Shown: positions 61,577-64,000 of the stretch, in pieces
Layout of the letters: every line of letters starts with the position of its first letter
How positions within the stretch are numbered: the stretch's first letter is position 1
NCBI GenBank assembly: GCA_963514005.1
Contig: OY740800.1
Location: 41,168,001 to 41,232,000, forward strand
Length of the DNA: 64,000 nt
Direction of reading: 5' to 3'
Source of the DNA: Raja brachyura
Taxonomy: Eukaryota
Position numbers and translations under genes: made by a program
Notes under the pieces: generated by a model
Database searches by the model: none
Told to the model about the DNA's origin: nothing
The model's input: only the letters and a program-made list of their open reading frames with translations

Positions 61577-61662
61577 AACCTGGCGTGCACAATCAAATAA
61601 GATCAAATAGAACACGTTGTCCTACAACTTTAGGCTATGCACGCCACAGCAAGAAGAAGAAG
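61523..61662 (+). mobile_element. Short non-autonomous retroposon (Ingi/Vingi-like derivative) with 5' HDV-like fold and (GAA)n tail
   Basis: Non-satellite insert of ~140 bp ending gcaagaagaagaag. Its 3' part recurs at 29811-29860 with a target-site duplication. Confidence 0.7.
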
Positions 61663-62812
61663 TGTAGGGGGTGGGGTTACCTGGTGAGGAGGGTGGGTTC
61701 CTGTTGTAAGGGGTGGGGTTACCTGGTGAAGGGGGTGGGGTTACCTGGTGAGGAGAGCGGGGTTACCTGGTGAAGGGGGTGGGGTTACCTGGTGAGGAGG
61801 GTGGGTTTACCTGGTGAGGAGGGTGGGGTTACCTGGTGAGGAGGGCGGGGTTACCTGAGTGAAGGGGGTGGGGTTACCTGGTGTAGGGGGCGGGGTTACC
61901 TGGTGTAGGGGGCGGGGTTACCTGGTGTAGGGGTGGGGTTACCTGGTGTAGGGGGTGGGGTTACCTGGTGTAGGGGCTGGGTTACCTGGTGTGGGGGCTG
62001 GGTTACCTGGTGTAGGGGGTGGGGTTACCTGGTGTAGGGGTGGGGTTACCTGGTGTAGGGGTGGGGTTACCTGGTGTAGGGGTGGGGTTACCTGGTGTAG
62101 GGGTGGGGTTACCTGGTGTAGGGGTGGGGTTACCTGGTGTAGGGGTGGGGTTACCTGGTGTAGGGGGCGGGGTTACCTGGTGTAGGGGTGGGGTTACCTG
62201 GTGTAGGGGTGGGGTTACCTGGTGTAGGGGGCGGGGTTACCTGGTGTAGGGGGTGGGGTTACCTGGTGTAGGGGCTGGGTTACCTGGTGTAGGGGGTGGG
62301 GTTACCTGGTGTAGGGGTGGGGTTACCTGGTGTAGGGGTGGGGTTACCTGGTGTAGGGGCTGGGTTACCTGGTGTAGGGGGTGGGGTTACCTGGTGTAGG
62401 GGGCGGGGTTACCTGGTGTAGGGGTGGGGTTACCTGGTGTAGGGGTGGGGTTACCTGGTGTAGGGGTGGGGTTACCTGGTGAAGGGGATGGGGTTACCTG
62501 GTGAAGGGGATGGGGTTACCTGGTGTAGGGGGCGGGGTTACCTGGTGTGGGGTTACCTGGTGAAGGGGTGGGGTTACCTGAGTGAAGGGGTGGGGTTACC
62601 TGGTGAAGGGGGCTGGGTTACCTGGTGTAGGGGGTGGGGTTACCTGGTGTGGGGTTACCTGGTGAAGGGGTGGGGTTACCTGAGTGAAGGGGTGGGGTTA
62701 CCTGGTGAAGGGGGCTGGGTTACCTGAGTGAAGGGGGTGGGGTTACCTGGTGAAGGGGGCGTGGTTACCTGAGTAAAGTGGGTGGGGTTACCTGAGTAAA
62801 GGGGGTGGGGTG

Positions 62813-63035
62813 CCAGAGATTGACGGGGCGTGTGTCCACTGTGGCCAGTGTCCAGATCGCTACAGTAGCTCCAGCAGCAGCGGGCGGGAGAGAGTGAGAG
62901 CGAGTGAGAGCGAGTGAGTGGGCGCCGGCACTATGTGAACTATTCGCCGACTCTGCCTTTCACTGAACGCCAGTGTGTGGCTCCTTGCGGCGGGGTTGCT
63001 TGAGCCTTGTCCCGGGGTCGGGACGCGTCGCCGCC
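62813..63035 (+). promoter_or_regulatory. CpG-rich promoter / 5' UTR of the downstream gene
   Basis: GC boxes (ggggcgtg, gggcggg), GA-rich repeats (gagtgagagc x2) and locally high CpG density directly before a Kozak-context ATG. Confidence 0.6.
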
Positions 63036-63120
63036 ATGCAGCAAGACTTCAGGAGAGTTGCGATGAAGAAGAAGGGGATCCATTCTCCGCTCCTCCAACG
63101 CAAGGCGTTGGGTGAAACGG
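63036..63120 (+). CDS. FGD4: Putative first coding exon of FGD4 (frabin) long isoform, MQQDFRRVAMKKKGIHSPLLQRKALGET(G)
   Basis: Kozak gccgccATG and a phase-1 donor ACGG|gtaagg. FRRVAMKKK resembles the recalled FRRVAIRRK of the human FGD4 long N-terminus. FGD4 follows BICD1 on the same strand in vertebrates (recalled synteny). Confidence 0.7.
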
Positions 63121-63690
63121 GTAAGGCACCACCTGACTGAATGCTGCAGGCAACAGAGAGGGAGGGAGAGAGACAGGGCAGTGTTGGTTTGTGACAAGTT
63201 TACATGTCTCGCCCCCGTTCCTGGAGATAGATTCCTTCCAGAGTTTCATCTCAGGGCGTCTCTGACTAAGATCCCGCCTTCCCCCTGCCGACAACAAAAC
63301 ACTAGAGTATTTACCGCTGGGATAAACGTTTTCCTTCCTTCTTGTCGGTTGCATTTGATTCCCAGACGAAGGGGTTCAAGACTAGACAGTTATTGCACAT
63401 TGCGTTATTTTCAAAGCCAGCTTTCGTGTCAGAGTTGACTGGGATCTTTGCAAATGAAAAAGTAAAGTGTAAACCATGGACTTGGAATCCCGCTGACAAA
63501 GCAGGTGATTAGTTGTTACCCTTTTCAAGGAAGTTTGCAGAACATCCTTGGCATGGTTGTCTCTCTGGCCCTGACCGAGCTCTCGGAGTAGCGTTCTGTT
63601 TTTGGGCGTCTGAACACTCTGGTCTGTCCTTTGCAGTCGGCTGAGTCAACTTTGGTGAAGTTGCTCGGGGAAGGTGGTTCACTTGTGCTG

Positions 63691-63905
63691 TTCGTAGAAA
63701 ATCGGTGCAGGAGTAGGCCATTCGGCCCTTCGAGCTAGCACCACCGCCATTCAATATGATCATAGCTGAACAACTAAAATCAGCAACCCGTTCCTGCTTT
63801 CTCCCCATATTTCTTTAGCCCTAAGAGCTAAATCTAACTCCCTCTTGGAAACATCCAGCGAATTGGCCTCCACTCCCTTCCACAGCAGAGAATTCCACAC
63901 TTGCA
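63691..63905 (-). mobile_element. CR1-type LINE 3' fragment flanked by a 16-bp direct repeat
   Basis: tggttcacttgtgctg at 63675-63690 and 63906-63921. Confidence 0.8.
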
Positions 63906-64000
63906 TGGTTCACTTGTGCTGACCAAATTGAAACAGGAGAGGGGGACCTCGTTGAAACATACAGAATAGTGAAAGGCTTGGATAGAGTGGATGTGGAGAT

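Larger units (their letters stand above)
60085..62812. repeat. G-rich minisatellite, ~21-22 bp unit GGGGTTACCTGGTGTAGGGGT
   Basis: Directly visible tandem array. Degenerate at the left, nearly homogeneous at ~61860-62480, and interrupted at 61523-61662. Confidence 0.97.

Noticed and set aside
61860-62480. CRISPR-like or elastin-like (GVGLPGVG) coding repeat
   Set aside because: Head-to-tail units with no unique spacers, no cas genes and a eukaryotic context. Unit lengths of 21 and 22 break any reading frame.

Overview
Eukaryotic (vertebrate) genomic DNA, very likely from a cartilaginous fish such as a skate or ray. The main evidence is the dense HE1/V-SINE and HER1/CR1-type LINE content. The + strand carries the 3' half of BICD1 (Bicaudal D1). 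Its coding exons are 850-1945 (with an apparent 1-nt frameshift in a C12 run), 4857-5008 and 15064-15271, then a 76-nt exon open in two frames (40733-40808). A terminal exon starts at 45935 and is followed by a repeat-free 3' UTR of about 7 kb (distal AATAAA at 52820). At the right end is a putative first coding exon of FGD4 (63036-63120), preceded by a ~2.7 kb G-rich minisatellite. The introns and intergenic DNA are packed with SINEs, CR1 and Rex/Babar-like LINE fragments, PIF/Harbinger and hAT MITEs, and Penelope-like remnants. Two self-cleaving ribozyme classes are visible in mobile DNA. Many minimal hammerhead motifs sit in Penelope-type termini. A CPEB3-like HDV fold heads a ~140-bp (GAA)n-tailed retroposon inserted in the minisatellite. 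BICD1 3' splicing also looks complex, with a candidate microexon and alternative donor and acceptor sites. Gene identities rest on my recall of vertebrate orthologue sequences and synteny, not on a database search. Repeat boundaries are approximate unless TSDs or TIRs are quoted. No rRNA, tRNA gene or CRISPR array is supported.
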